NCBI GenBank assembly: GCA_964016885.1
Contig: OZ024742.1
Location: 279,806,001-279,870,000, forward strand
Direction: 5' to 3'
DNA: 64,000 nt
Source of the DNA: Eledone cirrhosa
Taxonomy: Eukaryota
The notes beneath the pieces were generated by a model. It saw only the letters and a list, made by a program, of their open reading frames with translations. It had not been told where the DNA came from and did no database searches. A program made the translations under genes and the position numbers. Position 1 is the first letter of the stretch. Every line of letters starts with the position of its first letter. This document shows positions 1-13,983 of the stretch, one piece after another.

Positions 1-2
1 AG

Positions 3-63
<61 letters not shown>

Positions 64-125
64 TATATATAAACAAAATAAAATAACAGGAGGCTGGACT
101 GGTGTAAATCCTTGAAAGGTTTATT

Positions 126-183
126 ATACTATGATCATTTCAATGACCGGGTTCCATATGAATCCGGCGATATCATCAGGTAT
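126..183 (-). ncRNA. Type I hammerhead ribozyme (minimal stem III)
   Basis: ATAC-CTGATGA-[stem II around CCGGATTC/GAACCCGG]-GAAA-TGATCA-TA-GTAT: stem I ATAC/GTAT, palindromic loop 3. Confidence 0.7.
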
Positions 184-1965
184 TGGAATATAACAAAGGA
201 ATGTGTAAATAAAAATGGGGCCGAAAAATAAGAGACAGAGACAAGGAGGACGATTGACCAACTAGCTGCCTTTACCTCGGCCAGTCGCCCTCAAAGTGGT
301 GGCAACTGAATCTACTAATGAACATCTAGTGAGGGGGCGAAGGCTTATAATGCACTACCACCTCTCCGTCAAAGAAAAAGGGGAAGACAGAAAGGAAGAA
401 AGAAGTCAGCGTAAGGGTCACACTACATTCATGCTAGAAAATGCCGCGAAAAAATGCTATTCCAAAGGATCTATAATGGGTGTCTGTATAGTCTAACGTG
501 TGAACCGAAGATTGGAACGTTAAACTTATGTTGCGAGTTATAGGATGAAATTAAATTAAATTAAAAATATTAAATTGCAAAATGATAAATTGAAAAATAA
601 ATTATTAGAAAATTAAAGGTTAAGGTAGCGAAATTTATTTAATGAATTTACGGAGAGAGTCTTATATGAACAAATTTATCTCGATAAGATATTAGGATGG
701 AATATAGGGTAAAGATTTCGATTGCGAGTCCCAGCCCCCCCCCCCCTACAATGAGTCAGCCAGTTTCGAGTGGTATCGTCCAGCGAAAGAAATGGAAATT
801 AATTTTTCCGAGAACTCTAGGAACGTAGCTACCTTAGGCCCCGGTATCGCTAGCGGGAACTCCACAATTTCGACAGGCCATCGTCTATACCAAATAATAT
901 TATTAAATCACACATGAGGGGTTTATTTACGTGCCAGTAGAGGCATGATACAGCTAATAGTTATGCATAAACCTGGAGTCTATAGATATAAGTGGTGGCG
1001 TTCCCGACTGCGCGCTGGGCACTCGGAAAGTTCAGCCTTCCTTGAGTGTTCGGAAAAATAAATTTCTCCTCTTTCGGTAAACGAAATTACTCGGAGCGGG
1101 TTGCTTTGGCCCGGTCCCACCGCGCCGCCTGTTTTGGCCGCCATATTATACTTATACCTATAAACGCCAGATTTAGGCATAACTATTAGCTGTATCATGC
1201 CTCTACTGGCACGTAAATAAACCCCTCATGTGTGATTTAATAATATTCTTTTGGTATAGACGATGGGCTGTCGAAATTGTGGAGTTCCCGCTAGCGATAC
1301 CGGGGCCTAAGGTAGCTACGTTCCTAGAGTTCTCGGAAAAATTAATTTCCATTTCTTTCGCTGGACGATACCACTCGAAACTGGCTGACTCATTGTAGGG
1401 GGGGGGGGGGGGGCTGGGACGCGCAATCGAAATCTTTACCCTATATTCCATCCTAATATCTTATCGAGATAAATTTGTTCATATAAGACTCTCTCCGTAA
1501 ATTCATTAAATAAATCTCGCTAGCTTAACCTTTAATTTTGTAATAATTTATTTTTCAATTTATCATTTTGCAATTTAATATTTTTTATTTAATTTAATTT
1601 CATCCTATAACTCGCAACATAAGTTTAACGTTCCAATCTTCGGTTCACACGTTAGACTATACAGACAGCCATTATAGATCCTTTGGAATAACATTTTTTT
1701 CGCGGCATTTTCTAGCATGAATGTAGTGTGACCCTTACGCTGACTTCTTTCTTCCTTTCTGTCTTCCCCTTTTTCTTTGACGGAGAGGTGGTAGTGCATT
1801 ATAAGCCTTCGCCCGCTCACTAGATGTTCATTAGTAGATTCAGTTGCCACCACTTTGAGGGCGACTGGCCGAGGTAAAGGCAGCTAGTTGGTCAATCGTC
1901 CTCTTTGTATCTGTCTCTGATTTTTCGGCCCCATGTTTTTTTACATACTCCTTTGTTATATTCCA

Positions 1966-2023
1966 ATACCAGATGATATCGCCGGATTCATATGGAACCC
2001 GGTCATTGAAATGATCATAGTAT
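1966..2023 (+). ncRNA. Hammerhead ribozyme copy with mutated core (CAGATGA)
   Basis: Mirror of 126-183 with a U4A change; probably inactive. Confidence 0.55.
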
Positions 2024-2222
2024 AATAAACCTTTCAAGGATTTACACCAGTCCAGCCTCCTGTTATTTTATTTTATTTATAATTAACTCCGTATTCGCAC
2101 CACCAACTACACAAACGAAGATGGGTGAACTGCACTACCTTGAGTACTCTCCACAATATTACACCAAGATTGACCATGCGAAATGACCAATTCTATCCAG
2201 TGGTGAACCAACAAACCTAAAG

Positions 2223-2313
<91 letters not shown>

Positions 2314-3460
2314 GTTAACGAGGTATCGTTTAAGTAGTGATTATGAGTACTCTCTATCGAAAATAGTTTTAACGTTCGGCGTTGTTTGAAATTAGTATAC
2401 AAATCAGTATTCTGAAGATTTGGTCGGGTATCAATTGTAATTAAAATCGATTGACGTAACATTCTTTGAACAACGATTTTTAAACGCACCAGACTAATGA
2501 AACATTTGTAAATACTTTGAATAAACCCTATTGTACAGCCGATCCATGTTATTTTTCACGCACTTACTAATTATATTTTTTTTTTCTGCTGGATTTCACC
2601 CATAATATTTTAGTCCAAAACCAAAAGACGCAGTAGCCACCACTTACACTAATTCATATGCAGTGGTATATCGAACATGTCTCTGCATGTTTACGTATCA
2701 AACGTCTTAGTCGCAGGGTTTTGTCTACCTAGAATATCTATAATATATTCTCCTATTGCTTTCATAGAATTTTAAGTTTCTGTATATGCCTTTGTTTTAA
2801 AGAAAACATATGGAAAAAAATTAATAGAAGCATTAAGTTTTATAATAAGATTATGGGGTTTGATTTAAGCTTATCTTTTACATGTGGTGTCGATTCGCTA
2901 ATGATAATGCACTGCAGATTTTCTAAAGAAACAGACGCCATTTTGTGTAGAGTTTTCTGACATTAAATTTTCAATTGTCTTCTACGTATAATATTTGTTT
3001 CGTACTTAAAATGTCACATGTTTCAAGTAAATACCATGTATTTATAATATAGTTTTATACTTGAGGAAATGAAATGTCTAAAACTTGATGTTATTATTAT
3101 ATATTTTAACTTTTCAGTTATATATTTTTTTACTTATTATTTGGAGTAAGTTGTTTGATTTTCCTTTTCCCTAATATATCATCATCGCTGACTGTATTTT
3201 CATTTTCCGCCATTTTTATCTTCTTCTCAATGCGATTTCCCTTTATTTATTATTATTGTTATTATTTTGCTTTTCTATAATACATTTTGTCGAATTATTT
3301 TCCTTTTTTATTCTTTTACATGTAACTTTTGTATCAGTTTTTAGATTCTTGTCTTAGATTGATTTCATTTTATTTATATAGTTGTTTCTTTCTGTATTGC
3401 TTTGTAGAAATTTACCCGCTGATCTTTATTTAGAATCGTTTTCCTTTCATATACTATATA

Positions 3461-4698
3461 CTAGCAGAATGGCCCGGCGTTGCTCGGGATTCTAAACATA
3501 GATTGGCATGTTTATCCTTCCTTTCTGAAACAGTACAGAGGAGTACGGAATACCTCGGCCTTGCGACCGTCGAGCAGCAGACTCCACTGACGATTCGTTT
3601 GCCCGCCTTGTTCTTTTGTTTGCCACTTTCGCAGTATTTCGGCCAATGGAGTATCTCTTCCTTCGAGGCATGACCTAAAAGCAGGACGAAGTACATTAAG
3701 ACTAACTGATAGAGTAAAGAGTAAACTCGTCAGTGATCCATGTGATTTCCAAACCGTTGACTATGTAATTGCTGGCCTTGTGCCAAAATTAGTGGGACTC
3801 TTTGGGTGGCATATCGGCAGTAACAATGACGATAAGCCGTCTGTGCTTTCGTGAAATAAATACGTTTGTTTATATTTTGTTTTTGTGTATGCACAAATAT
3901 CTGTACAGGAATATCTAATTATCTATATATATTTTCTTTAGGTCGTTTTGGAAGCCTCAACAATGCAGATGGGTAATTCTCCGGGTAACAAGATCCGGTG
4001 GTGAAGAGAGAGATGTAAGTGAATGTAGAATGAAATGTATAGTGTGTAGAAGAACGTAGTAAAGAGCGTAAAAAATAAAAATAATAACAAGAGATAGAGT
4101 TATCTTGGGAGAGATTTAATTGTCCCTATATATTTCGGATTCATATCCATCAACTGGGGGGGGGGGTCCGGGGGGGGGGTTATGTCGGAGAGGTGCTAAA
4201 CGTGTCCTCCTCTGTTAGTTGTTTTGAATATCTATAAATATATATATATTAAAATAACAGTTTAAAGTTTAAACAAAGAATCGCTGCTTTCACCCTTAAC
4301 GTGATCTTCTGAAACTGAAGAAATCAATCTGTGAACGCAGAGGTAAATATTTAAAAAACCTTGTAAGCGAAGGAAAACAAGAAGACTATATTTTGATTCA
4401 TGAAGACGTTTTCATAATGTAGTAATGCCGACAGCCAGACATACAGACGGACATTATGAGGGCGCGGTGTTATAGCTATGTATCTATCTCAAAAGACAGA
4501 CTAACAAAGAGAGACAGAGTGAGATTTAACCGGCGCCTAATGCGGTGCATAGGGCATTGACAATTTGAAATATGTTTTATTCAAAACACACACACGGCCA
4601 TAAGTATTACATGTGTAAAGTTTGAAAAAAATAAGTAGGGTGGTTCTCGAGTTTTACGGAGTCAGACAGAGAGACAGACATTCTCTGTTTTAGATAGA
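3461..4698 (-). mobile_element. Non-autonomous Helitron, copy 1
   Basis: On the minus strand: A|TC start, 3' hairpin CCCGAGCAACGCCGGG (3473-3488), CTAG|T end; no TSD. Confidence 0.75.
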
Positions 4699-5028
4699 TA
4701 CTATCAGAATGGCCTTGGCGTTTCTCAGGATTCTAAACATAGATTGGCATGTTTATCACTTCTTTCTGAAACAGTTTCGTCGTATGTTTACCAATTGATG
4801 CAGAAGTCCTAATAAAATTGAAGTCGCCTTGGGTGAATAGGCAAATAATTTGCCATTAAGATTTTTCAAAAGCATGTAATTGCGTTCCTTCTCTTTTTTT
4901 GTGTTTGCTGCTGTCGAACCTCATGAAATAAATACGTTTGTTTATATTTTGTTATTGTGTATTCAAAAATATCTGTACACGAATATATAATTATCTCTCT
5001 CTCTCGTTACTCTCTTTCTCTATCTCTT

Positions 5029-5071
<43 letters not shown>

Positions 5072-5076
<5 letters not shown>

Positions 5077-5526
5077 AACGAGTAGGACCCCGACGGCTGA
5101 GCTCAAGCCATTTCGACGGCTAATTCTGGACTAAATGAAATTTGTGATCCTGGTATTTGAATAGCCGAGCTTCTCAAGGGGTAGTTCCATATATGGTAAA
5201 AGTGATTGTCACAAGGATTGGTCAAAAGTTTGTTGTTGAGACATAATAATTCTATGATGGCATCATAGAATTATTATGTCTCAACAACAAACTTTTGACC
5301 AATCCTTGTGACAATCACTTTTACCAAATATGGAATTACCCCTTGAGAAGCTCGGCTATTCAAATACCAGGATAAACATTTTCATTTAGTCCAGAATTAG
5401 CCGTCGAAATGGCTTGAGCTCAGCTGTCGGGGTCCTACTCGTTCCTATTACCCACTCTATAACCTTAAATATTGAGTACTTTGGTGCGTTATGGTCCCCC
5501 TGGTTCCTTAGCACATTTCCTCCGTT
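5072..5526 (+). mobile_element. Palindromic PLE 3'-end insertion (family A) in (TA)n
   Basis: Arms 5072-5259 and 5261-5448 with a 1-nt loop, tail 5449-5526; homologous to the 3' end of the GIY-YIG element at 10881-12637. Confidence 0.85.
5338..5433 (+). ncRNA. Type I hammerhead ribozyme, U3-A8 core variant
   Basis: ACCCC-TTGAGAA-[CGGCTA...TAGCCG]-GAAA-TGGCT tgagctc AGCTG-TC-GGGGT; mirror copy on the minus strand at 5087-5182. Confidence 0.75.
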
Positions 5527-5676
5527 ATATATATATATATATTAAAATAACAGATTAAAGTTTAAGCGAAAAATCGGTGCTTTCACCCTTAACGGGCTCT
5601 TCTAAACTAAAAAAATCAATCTGTGAACGCAGAAGTAAATATTTAGAAAAGGGTTACACACACACACACACACACA

Positions 5677-5744
<68 letters not shown>

Positions 5745-5859
5745 TATATATACATATATACACACACAGATAACGAAGTCAATGTCATAATACAGACATA
5801 CAGACAGTTATTAAGGGCGGGACGTTATAGCTATGTATCTATCTAAAAAACTAGACTAT

Positions 5860-5967
<108 letters not shown>

Positions 5968-6129
5968 ACCGGCGCCTAATGCGGTCCCTAGGCCATTGAA
6001 TATTTGAAATAGTCTTTGCCCAAAACACTCACACGACCATAAGTATTACATGTGTAAAGTTTGTAAAATATCGGTTGGGTGGTTCTCGAGTTTTAGGGAG
6101 TGAGACAGACAGGCAGACATTCTCTGTTT

Positions 6130-6169
<40 letters not shown>

Positions 6170-6386
6170 TGTGTGTGTGGGTGTGTGTGTGTATGCATGT
6201 ATGTGTATGTGCGCGTGTGTACATATATATAAAAAGAGAAAGCGAGAGAGTGATAGTGATATAGATAGACACATAACTCTCATTGCAGCCACTAAATGTG
6301 CAGTGAATTAAGTTACAACTGCTACTATCGTTACTACTCATGTTACTGTTGTTGTTGTTGGACTTACTACTACTACTACTACTACA

Positions 6387-6463
<77 letters not shown>

Positions 6464-8203
6464 CACTACTACTACTATTATTTTTATTTCTAATAATAAT
6501 ATTTTTATTGTTACTACGATAATTACAATAAACTCTAACCAATTAAAATTCTCTCTTCTATGATTGTAACCACGCAAGAAATATTTCAGATAAAAAAAAT
6601 TGGCGTCGGTAATCCGTTAACTTAATAAAACCTAAAATTCTTTTCACCCGAGGAGATGCAAGTGTTCTGTTTGTGAGTAGATGCTAAAGTTTCACATGTA
6701 AATGTTTCAACATGGATGCATACTAGCAACGGATACAAAGAAAGGAAACTGTAAAGAATTAAAACCTTACGAGTAGTTTTCCATATTCAGTATGTCCTTC
6801 TTAACATATTTTGTAAATCAATTGATGTTTTTTGTTTTGTTTTGTTTGTTTTGTTTTTTTTTAAATCTATCTATATTTTGTTTTATTTCGGATATACGGC
6901 TAACAAATATCTTAGAATTTTGAAGTGTAACTTACACTGCTAAATTGATAAATTGTTAGATTCAATCTTGTTGATATTATTTTTGGCATTGCTGTTTTTT
7001 TATTAAAAATAGGCCTTTAGTAAAATAGGATATGAATTGTAAATTATAAATCAATTTCTTTATAAAAATAAATAAACCCATGTTTGTCCAAAGCATTGGA
7101 GAATGGGAAACGCACTGAATAACATGCGATTTATTTAAATGAAGGAAATCTATGAAAGGACTTAATATAATTTCAAAGAATGCTGCAAAATCAAAGAAAC
7201 AGATAATCATATTAGACGAGGCAGAGTGAGATTACGTAATGAAGTATTTCAAAACTGGGAAGTATGATTTGACAGTGTCATTCAAAGCAAATTTATGTGA
7301 TAGTTTTATATAATGGAAATAGCAGTCAAAATCTCTTTCTGTCTTTAAAAAAGGGGAAGGGAGAAATTGATAAGGTGGTTTTCATTGTAGGTCAATCAAT
7401 AGACGACAATAAGATCATCACAGTCAATGAACCTATCATCAACATCACCACTATCAACATATTCATCATAATTATAATCAACATCAACATCAGCAGTAGC
7501 AGCCACACAATCATCATTATCATCAATGTCATCGTCGTTATCATCAACAACCTCATCAACAGCGACAATAATAATCCGTAATTCAATACTGGATTTAAAT
7601 GACTGGAGTCGATAGCTCTCTATGTAAATAACGCTAATCAGCCCATGTACATGTGGATCAAATCTATGTTTTCGCTATATTTAGTTCCAGCAGAGAGAAG
7701 GATGTTGGGGCACTTTCTTGATAACGAATAGAGTCAGAAATGACGTCGTCATCAGCTACCGACACTTTGCTTCTGCTTGAATCCGCTAGATGGCGCTACG
7801 CAAACAATTTCCAAATCCATAGGAAGGCTAGATATACAACATACGCATACTTATTTCAATACAGGTATGTTAGAGTAAACGCCTTAATTATATATATATA
7901 TGGATAGATAGATTTTAAAACGTCAAAGAAAGTGTTGTAGCATATGTACACATTTTATTTGCATATTACAATTGTTTCGATATCGATCAGCTCAGGGTAC
8001 AATCAATGTGACGGGGCCCGATTCCATTAAATATATTTACACTCTGCACACTACAGCAATAAGACTGAAAAACAATCCAAACGAAACGGACCAATTAACA
8101 GCATGACCTGCTGCGGTGGCGCGCCACCTGTAACACTTGTTATACACTTAAATAACATATATACATATATATATGTGCGTGTGTGTGTGTGTGGTGCACG
8201 TGC

Positions 8204-8276
<73 letters not shown>

Positions 8277-8451
8277 AATATATTACAGAAAGAGAAGTGT
8301 GTTACACAGTGAGATCACTGTGTAACACAATTCTCTTTTGAGCTCAGAAGAAAATTCTCTATTCTCCTTTGAGCTAATACTATTATTATTATTACTGTGA
8401 ACTGCGGAATACTCTTCCGATCTTTGTATATATATATATATATATATATAT

Positions 8452-8750
8452 AAGTAAGATGTATGGTAGGTCGAATGTGAATTGCGATGATCACGTCTGA
8501 CTTACCAAATATGTGACGGTAGCTAGTTAAGCTCTATGCGTATACGCAGAGCAGAAATATTAGTGAAAAAGAACAAAGGAACTATTATGACATTATAGCA
8601 AGTTTATTGCCGACAGCCGTTTCGTCCGACCCCATCTTGCAATCACATGTTATATGCCTTGATAAGTCCCACCATGGCTTCGGACGAAACGGCTGTCGGC
8701 AATAAACTTGTTATAATGTCATAATAGTTCCTTTGTTCTTTTTCACTAAT
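8452..8750 (-). mobile_element. Fold-back PLE-type insertion (family B) in (TA)n
   Basis: 8558-8628 is inverted at 8681-8751. The tail 8452-8557 is shared with 9071-9141. Confidence 0.75.
8655..8701 (+). ncRNA. Minimal type I hammerhead ribozyme, U3-A8 variant
   Basis: TGCC-TTGATAA-GTCC caccatggcttc GGAC-GAAA-C ggct G-TC-GGCA: stems I and II perfectly paired. Confidence 0.75.
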
Positions 8751-8767
8751 ATATATATATATATATA

Positions 8768-8960
8768 TTTAATATAAAAATGACTTCTACAGGACTAGAG
8801 CTGTTTCATTCGAAATAAATCACTAGGAAGCCCTGATGATTTCTCCTGAATGAAATAGTTCTAGTCCTGTAGAAGCCATTTCTACATTAAATATTTATAC
8901 TCTGCTATATATTGAGTACCTTACTGTGGTTACCCCCGATTGAACCAGGGATAAACATGT
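8768..8960 (+). mobile_element. Fold-back PLE-type insertion (family C) with degenerate HHR
   Basis: 8768-8813 is inverted at about 8847-8893. CTGATGA (8833) ... GAAA (8852); tail TTGAGTAC at 8912; stem I weak. Confidence 0.6.
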
Positions 8961-9009
8961 CTCTCTCTCTCTCTCTCTCTTCATATATATATAAATATAT
9001 ATATATATA

Positions 9010-9139
9010 TTAATGAAAAAGAACAAAGGAACTATTATGACATTATAACAAGTTTATTGCCGACAGCCGTTTCGTCCGACCATATGGTAGGTCAGACGTG
9101 ATCATCGCGATTCACATACGACCTACCATACATCTTGCT

Positions 9140-9141
<2 letters not shown>
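9010..9141. mobile_element. Family B fragment: inverted HHR 3' half joined to terminal tail
   Basis: 9011-9071 matches 8561-8631; 9072-9141 is the reverse complement of 8452-8508; flanked by (TA)n. Confidence 0.7.
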
Positions 9142-9197
<56 letters not shown>

Positions 9198-9202
9198 TAT
9201 AC

Positions 9203-9258
<56 letters not shown>

Positions 9259-9744
9259 AGCTCATCTTTACAATTGGAAGCAACGCCAGCGTGAGTTCCC
9301 TGTAAATGGTCAGACCTGGCTTACCTCCTCTTTGATGTGAAGTAACGTGTCACTGAAAGTTGAGGTTTACTACCACCTTCGGTGGTGTACTACATAGTGT
9401 ACTAGTTAGCCATATTAGTAATTTATACTAACATTACCTAATTTCTACACATGTTGGTTCCATCCAGAACAGAATCGTAGATACTGGTGTATACGTTCGG
9501 GTAACTCCAATTTACCAACACGAAGACAATTTTCCTCACTGATTAACGTATAAATGCAAACTCTTATTGGTTAGGGGTGTAATTTAATAATACAAACTTA
9601 ATTAAATTATTGAGTGACTGAGAAAACGACCGAAGCTGCGTCCATCGATAAGCTTCGTTTTATAATTCTATACATACATACGTTCATACATACACACACA
9701 CACACACAAATATACATACATGTATGTATGTATGTATACATACG

Positions 9745-9791
<47 letters not shown>

Positions 9792-10400
9792 AGAGAGACA
9801 GAGAGATATATACATATACATAAACAGATAGAGCAATGGAGATACTGGTAAAGAGGGGGTGATACTAATAGACAGAGAATGGTATCGATTCGATAGAAAG
9901 ATATAGGGGGATGGAGGTGGTGTAAAAATAGGGAGAAGCAAGAGAATGCACCAAATATGATTATAGAATCATTATTATGGATAAATAAAAGAAGCAGAAT
10001 AAAGCTGAGTAAGGACAGAAAAATGTATAGTGATAATGGAATATCGAAATATTGCAACGGTGATATGCTGGAATACGTCTAATATAAGAAATCTTACAGA
10101 TTGTCCTAGGTAATATTCTTGCTGTACAAAAGGAAGCCATTTTCTTCACTCTATAAATATTTAAGGTAACTATCCCTAGATCAGTAATACCTAAATAATA
10201 AAACTTCTCCTTCTTCAAAACACGAAAGATTTCTATCATAAATCTTTCCAGAACGAGCAACGAGAACATTCATTGAATGTTCCACAACGTGACTTCAAAC
10301 TCTTTTCTACGATGTATGTATATATGCATTTATGTAACTATATATGCATGTATGTTAGTATATAAGTATGTATGTATATATATACACGTACATACATAAT

Positions 10401-10443
<43 letters not shown>

Positions 10444-10825
10444 TAGATGTACATATACAGTTATAAATGCATGCATGTATATTTGTATTGTTGTAACATT
10501 TTGGTTTTCGAGAAAATATAAATCATCTATCCAGCATAGAATTCAATGAGTGTACCACAATGCATCTTAAAATACCCCTCTCTCGCTCTCTCTCTTTCTT
10601 TCTCTCTCTCTCTCTATATCTCTCTCTCTTTCTTTCTCTCTCTCTCTCTCTCTCTCTCTCCTTCTTTCTCTCTCTCGCTATCTTTCTATCTATGTATATC
10701 TCTTTATCTCTCTTTCTCTCTCTCTGTATATATATAAACATATATGTAGATATAGATATATGTGTGTGTGTGTGGGGGGGGGGAGTATGTGAGTGTGTGC
10801 GGGCGTGTGTCTGTGTGTGCGTGTT

Positions 10826-10882
<57 letters not shown>

Positions 10883-10973
10883 CGAAGGAAATGTGGTAAG
10901 GAACCAGGTGGACCATAACGCACCAAAGTACTCAATACTTAGTGTAGTAGAGTGCGTAATAGGAACAAGTGAG

Positions 10974-11067
10974 ACCCCAACGGCTAAGCTCAAGCCGTTT
11001 CGACGGCTAATGCTGTACTGAATGAACATTTATTCTGGTATTTAAATAGCCGAACTTATCAAGGGGT
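10974..11067 (-). ncRNA. Hammerhead ribozyme, U3-A8 variant (family A)
   Basis: ACCCC-TTGATAA...GAAACGGCT...AGCCGTT-GGGGT on the minus strand. Confidence 0.7.
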
Positions 11068-12238
11068 AATTCCATATATGGTCAAAGAGATAATCACCAG
11101 GATTGGTCACATCACAAGTTAGTAGTAAATATGTGATGGCAAATTAGTGGAGGAAGGGGTAGCTGAACCTGCCGGTAGGAGAAAAAGGGAGAGGGGGTGG
11201 AGTAGACCCATTCATGCGTTGGTAGTGCCAGCTACAGCTGGGTGTGAGGTCAAAGAGGATACTGGGGTGTGGGAGGGGGAGGAGGTCGAAACGGTAAGTA
11301 GAACAATGAGGGTAAAACTATAAAAGGTACTGAGAGAGAAACAAAATAAGCAAAGTCTCGTTACTAAGACTTAAGTCTCTCGCTATTGCTAGGCTAAAGA
11401 AATACATAAATAAATAAATAAACAAATAAGTGAATAAAAGAATAGATAAATAAATTTTTTAAAAAGTATATATATATATATAATGTAGAATAAAAAAATA
11501 AATAATAACAATAGAAATAAATTAGGTGGGACGGAAATAAAGGGACCCTTATACGAGGTATAAGTGCGTGTATCGTACGGTGACGGGTCAACAAAGGGGG
11601 GCAGAATACTAAAGAGACTACCACGAAATAATAAAGGTTTCTACCCCAATCACAGGGCCAGCAACCACCCAGTGCAAGAAAGTAAACTAGTACGAGAATA
11701 TAATTCAGGGTCCCGCAAAAAAATACTAGTGCTAACTCTAAGGGTACCGCCACGAAACAAAAAGTCTTATACAAGCTACATGAAAGATCGTACGAAGTAA
11801 AAGTAAAGAACGGAAAATTAATACAGGAACACCCCCCCCCCCAAAAAAAAGGGAAAAAGAAGAAAGAAATACTGGATAAACGAGAAATTAAAGCAAAGAT
11901 GCGACTAAGAAATATAGAAGGCACGGAAAAAGGGGACAGCGGTCGGAAAAGGGGGCGAGTATCCGAAGTCTAACACCTCTGCTATAAAAAGCGGAGTCAG
12001 CCAAATCTAACATAGAATAGGGGAGGGAGTGGGGGTGCTGAAGCTATAAGGGACCGATGGGCTACCTCTGGTGGGCGAGAAAAAGACAACGACAAAGAAA
12101 AAGAACTGGGGTAGAAGGACTAGGGAGGGATGGGGGGAAGGAGGAGATATAGAGGAAGCGATAAAAGAATGTAAAAGAATATCTTACGTCTCCATTGGCA
12201 AGCAGGGGTTACCCATTACAAAATAGGCAAGTGGGGTG

Positions 12239-12637
12239 TTATAGCCCTAGTCTACCCCCCCCCCCCCCCGGGTCATTATGGGGTTTGAGGGCGAGGTAAG
12301 TCCTACGTAATCGGTGTTTACATGCAGTAACCAGTTCATCTTTCTTGTTTAGGAGTTGGTCCGTCGAAAACAGCATTTGTAATGTTTCCTCCGAGCATAA
12401 ATTGCACGGACGGCGTCCTCCCGTGTAAGAGTTGGCTCTGGACAGTAATTTCCAAGTGAGATCATAGTTGATGTTGTTGTTTCCAAGTGAGATCATAGTT
12501 GATGTGGCCCGAAAGTGTAGTGGCGTGACGCCGGGCCGGGTTTCGGAAGGTATGTCTGTGTTGGTATAGCCGGGTCTTGAAGTCGCATGCGGTTAATCCT
12601 ATATAAGCTTTGTTGGAGGTGTCCGTGCTCACGTTAC
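12239..12637 (-). pseudogene. GIY-YIG endonuclease C-terminal fragment (PLE)
   Basis: Translates KAYIGLTACDFKTRLYQHRHTF...ATTLSGHI, then YDLTWKLLSRANSY...CNLCSEE...LLNKKDELVTACKH; disrupted by a 25-bp duplication (12450-12474/12481-12505). Confidence 0.8.
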
Positions 12638-13155
12638 CGTACCGTACGATACACGCACTTATACCTCGTATAAGGGTCTCTTTATTTCCGTCCCACCTAG
12701 TTTATTTCTATTATTATTATTTATTTTTTATTCTACATTATATATATATATATATACTTTTTTTAAAATTTATTTATCTATTCTTTTATTCACTTATTTG
12801 TTTATTTATTTATTTATGTATTTATTTAGCCTAGCAATAGCGAGAGACTTAAGTCTTAGTAACCAGACTTTGCTTTTTTTTTTTCTCACTCAGTACCTTT
12901 TATAGTTTTACCCTCATTGTTCTACTTACCGTTTCGACCTCCTCCCCCTCCCCCTCCCCAGTATCCTCTTTGACCTCACACCCAGCTGTAGCTGGCACTA
13001 CCAACGCATGAATGGGTCTACTCCACCCCCTCTCCCTTTTTCTCCTACCGGCAGGTTCAGCTACCCCTTCCTCCACTAATTTGCCATCACAGATTTACTA
13101 CTAACTTGTGATGTGACCAATCCTGGTGATTATCTCTTTGACCATATATGGAATT

Positions 13156-13249
13156 ACCCCTTGATAAGTTCGGCTATTTAAATACCAGAATAAATTTTCA
13201 TTCAGTACAGAATTAGCCGTCGAAACGGCTTGAGCTCAGCCGTCGGGGT
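13156..13249 (+). ncRNA. Hammerhead ribozyme, U3-A8 variant (family A)
   Basis: ACCCC-TTGATAA-gttCGGCTA...TAGCCGtc-GAAA-CGGCT tgagctc AGCCG-TC-GGGGT; predicted cleavage after 13244. Confidence 0.8.
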
Positions 13250-13921
13250 CTTACTTGTTCCTATATATATATATATATATATACATATATTCAATGTCGG
13301 TATAGGTGAGACGGATCATTACGTTCTGAGACTTATAGGCCTTGCTCATTCCGTAACACTTTACACCGTGTACTGGATGTATTTTATCTTGGGACCAAGA
13401 ATGCTACCTTACAGGGTAGATTGTGAGATGTTTATCGGGGCATACGCACTACCCCTCTGAATATCGGCTGCCTATATTTTATCGTACCATCAGCAATGAC
13501 ATTTTACATAATGGGCTCAATGCACTTTATCGACCTTAGCCCGACAACTTTTCATTTCTTGAGTATTCGACTAAGATCGAAAAGTGAAGGTTGGTTATAT
13601 GGGTTGTAAGATGAGAGTGCAGTGGAGTGAGGGAAAACATCAGTTTCCGAGAGGACACATCCCACAATGGGAGATAGTGATGGGGAGTAAATATTGGGTC
13701 GTGGGTTTGGCCTTGAAGAGAAAGAATAACGTTTGAAAGTACATATGTGAGTGCAACTGTCTTTCACTGCCATCATAGGGGTGGTAGGGTAAAGGGGGAA
13801 TCAGTGATGTTAGGCATGTTATCTATCTATCTACCTAATTTTATAACATCTCTTTCTTTGACTTTCTCCGTCCCTCTCTTTCTTTCACTCTCTCTCTCTT
13901 TCTATCTGTCTGTCTCCCCCC

Positions 13922-13983
<62 letters not shown>

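Larger units (their letters stand above)
76..2224 (+). mobile_element. Fold-back PLE-type non-coding insertion in (TA)n: inverted arm 76-966, spacer, sense arm 1177-2074, tail 2075-2224
   Basis: 76-966 is the reverse complement of 1177-2074 (mirror ORFs 296..496 and 1605..1853). Both ends abut (TA)n, each arm has an HHR, and the tail has TTGAGTACT. Confidence 0.8.
10881..13263 (-). mobile_element. 5'-truncated Penelope-like retroelement (Naiad-type endonuclease) with inverted pLTR
   Basis: GIY-YIG C-terminus at 12239-12637, about 1.35 kb of 3' UTR with HHR and tail; 12641-13263 is an inverted copy of 10959-11581; both ends in (TA)n. Confidence 0.85.

Noticed and set aside
296-2037. Short ORFs in the first inverted repeat
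   Set aside because: No recognisable domains, and frames differ between the two arms.
13470-13800. Possible SECIS or long-loop HHR on the minus strand
   Set aside because: Spacing does not fit a SECIS and the HHR core is broken; only a GAAA..GTC half is visible.
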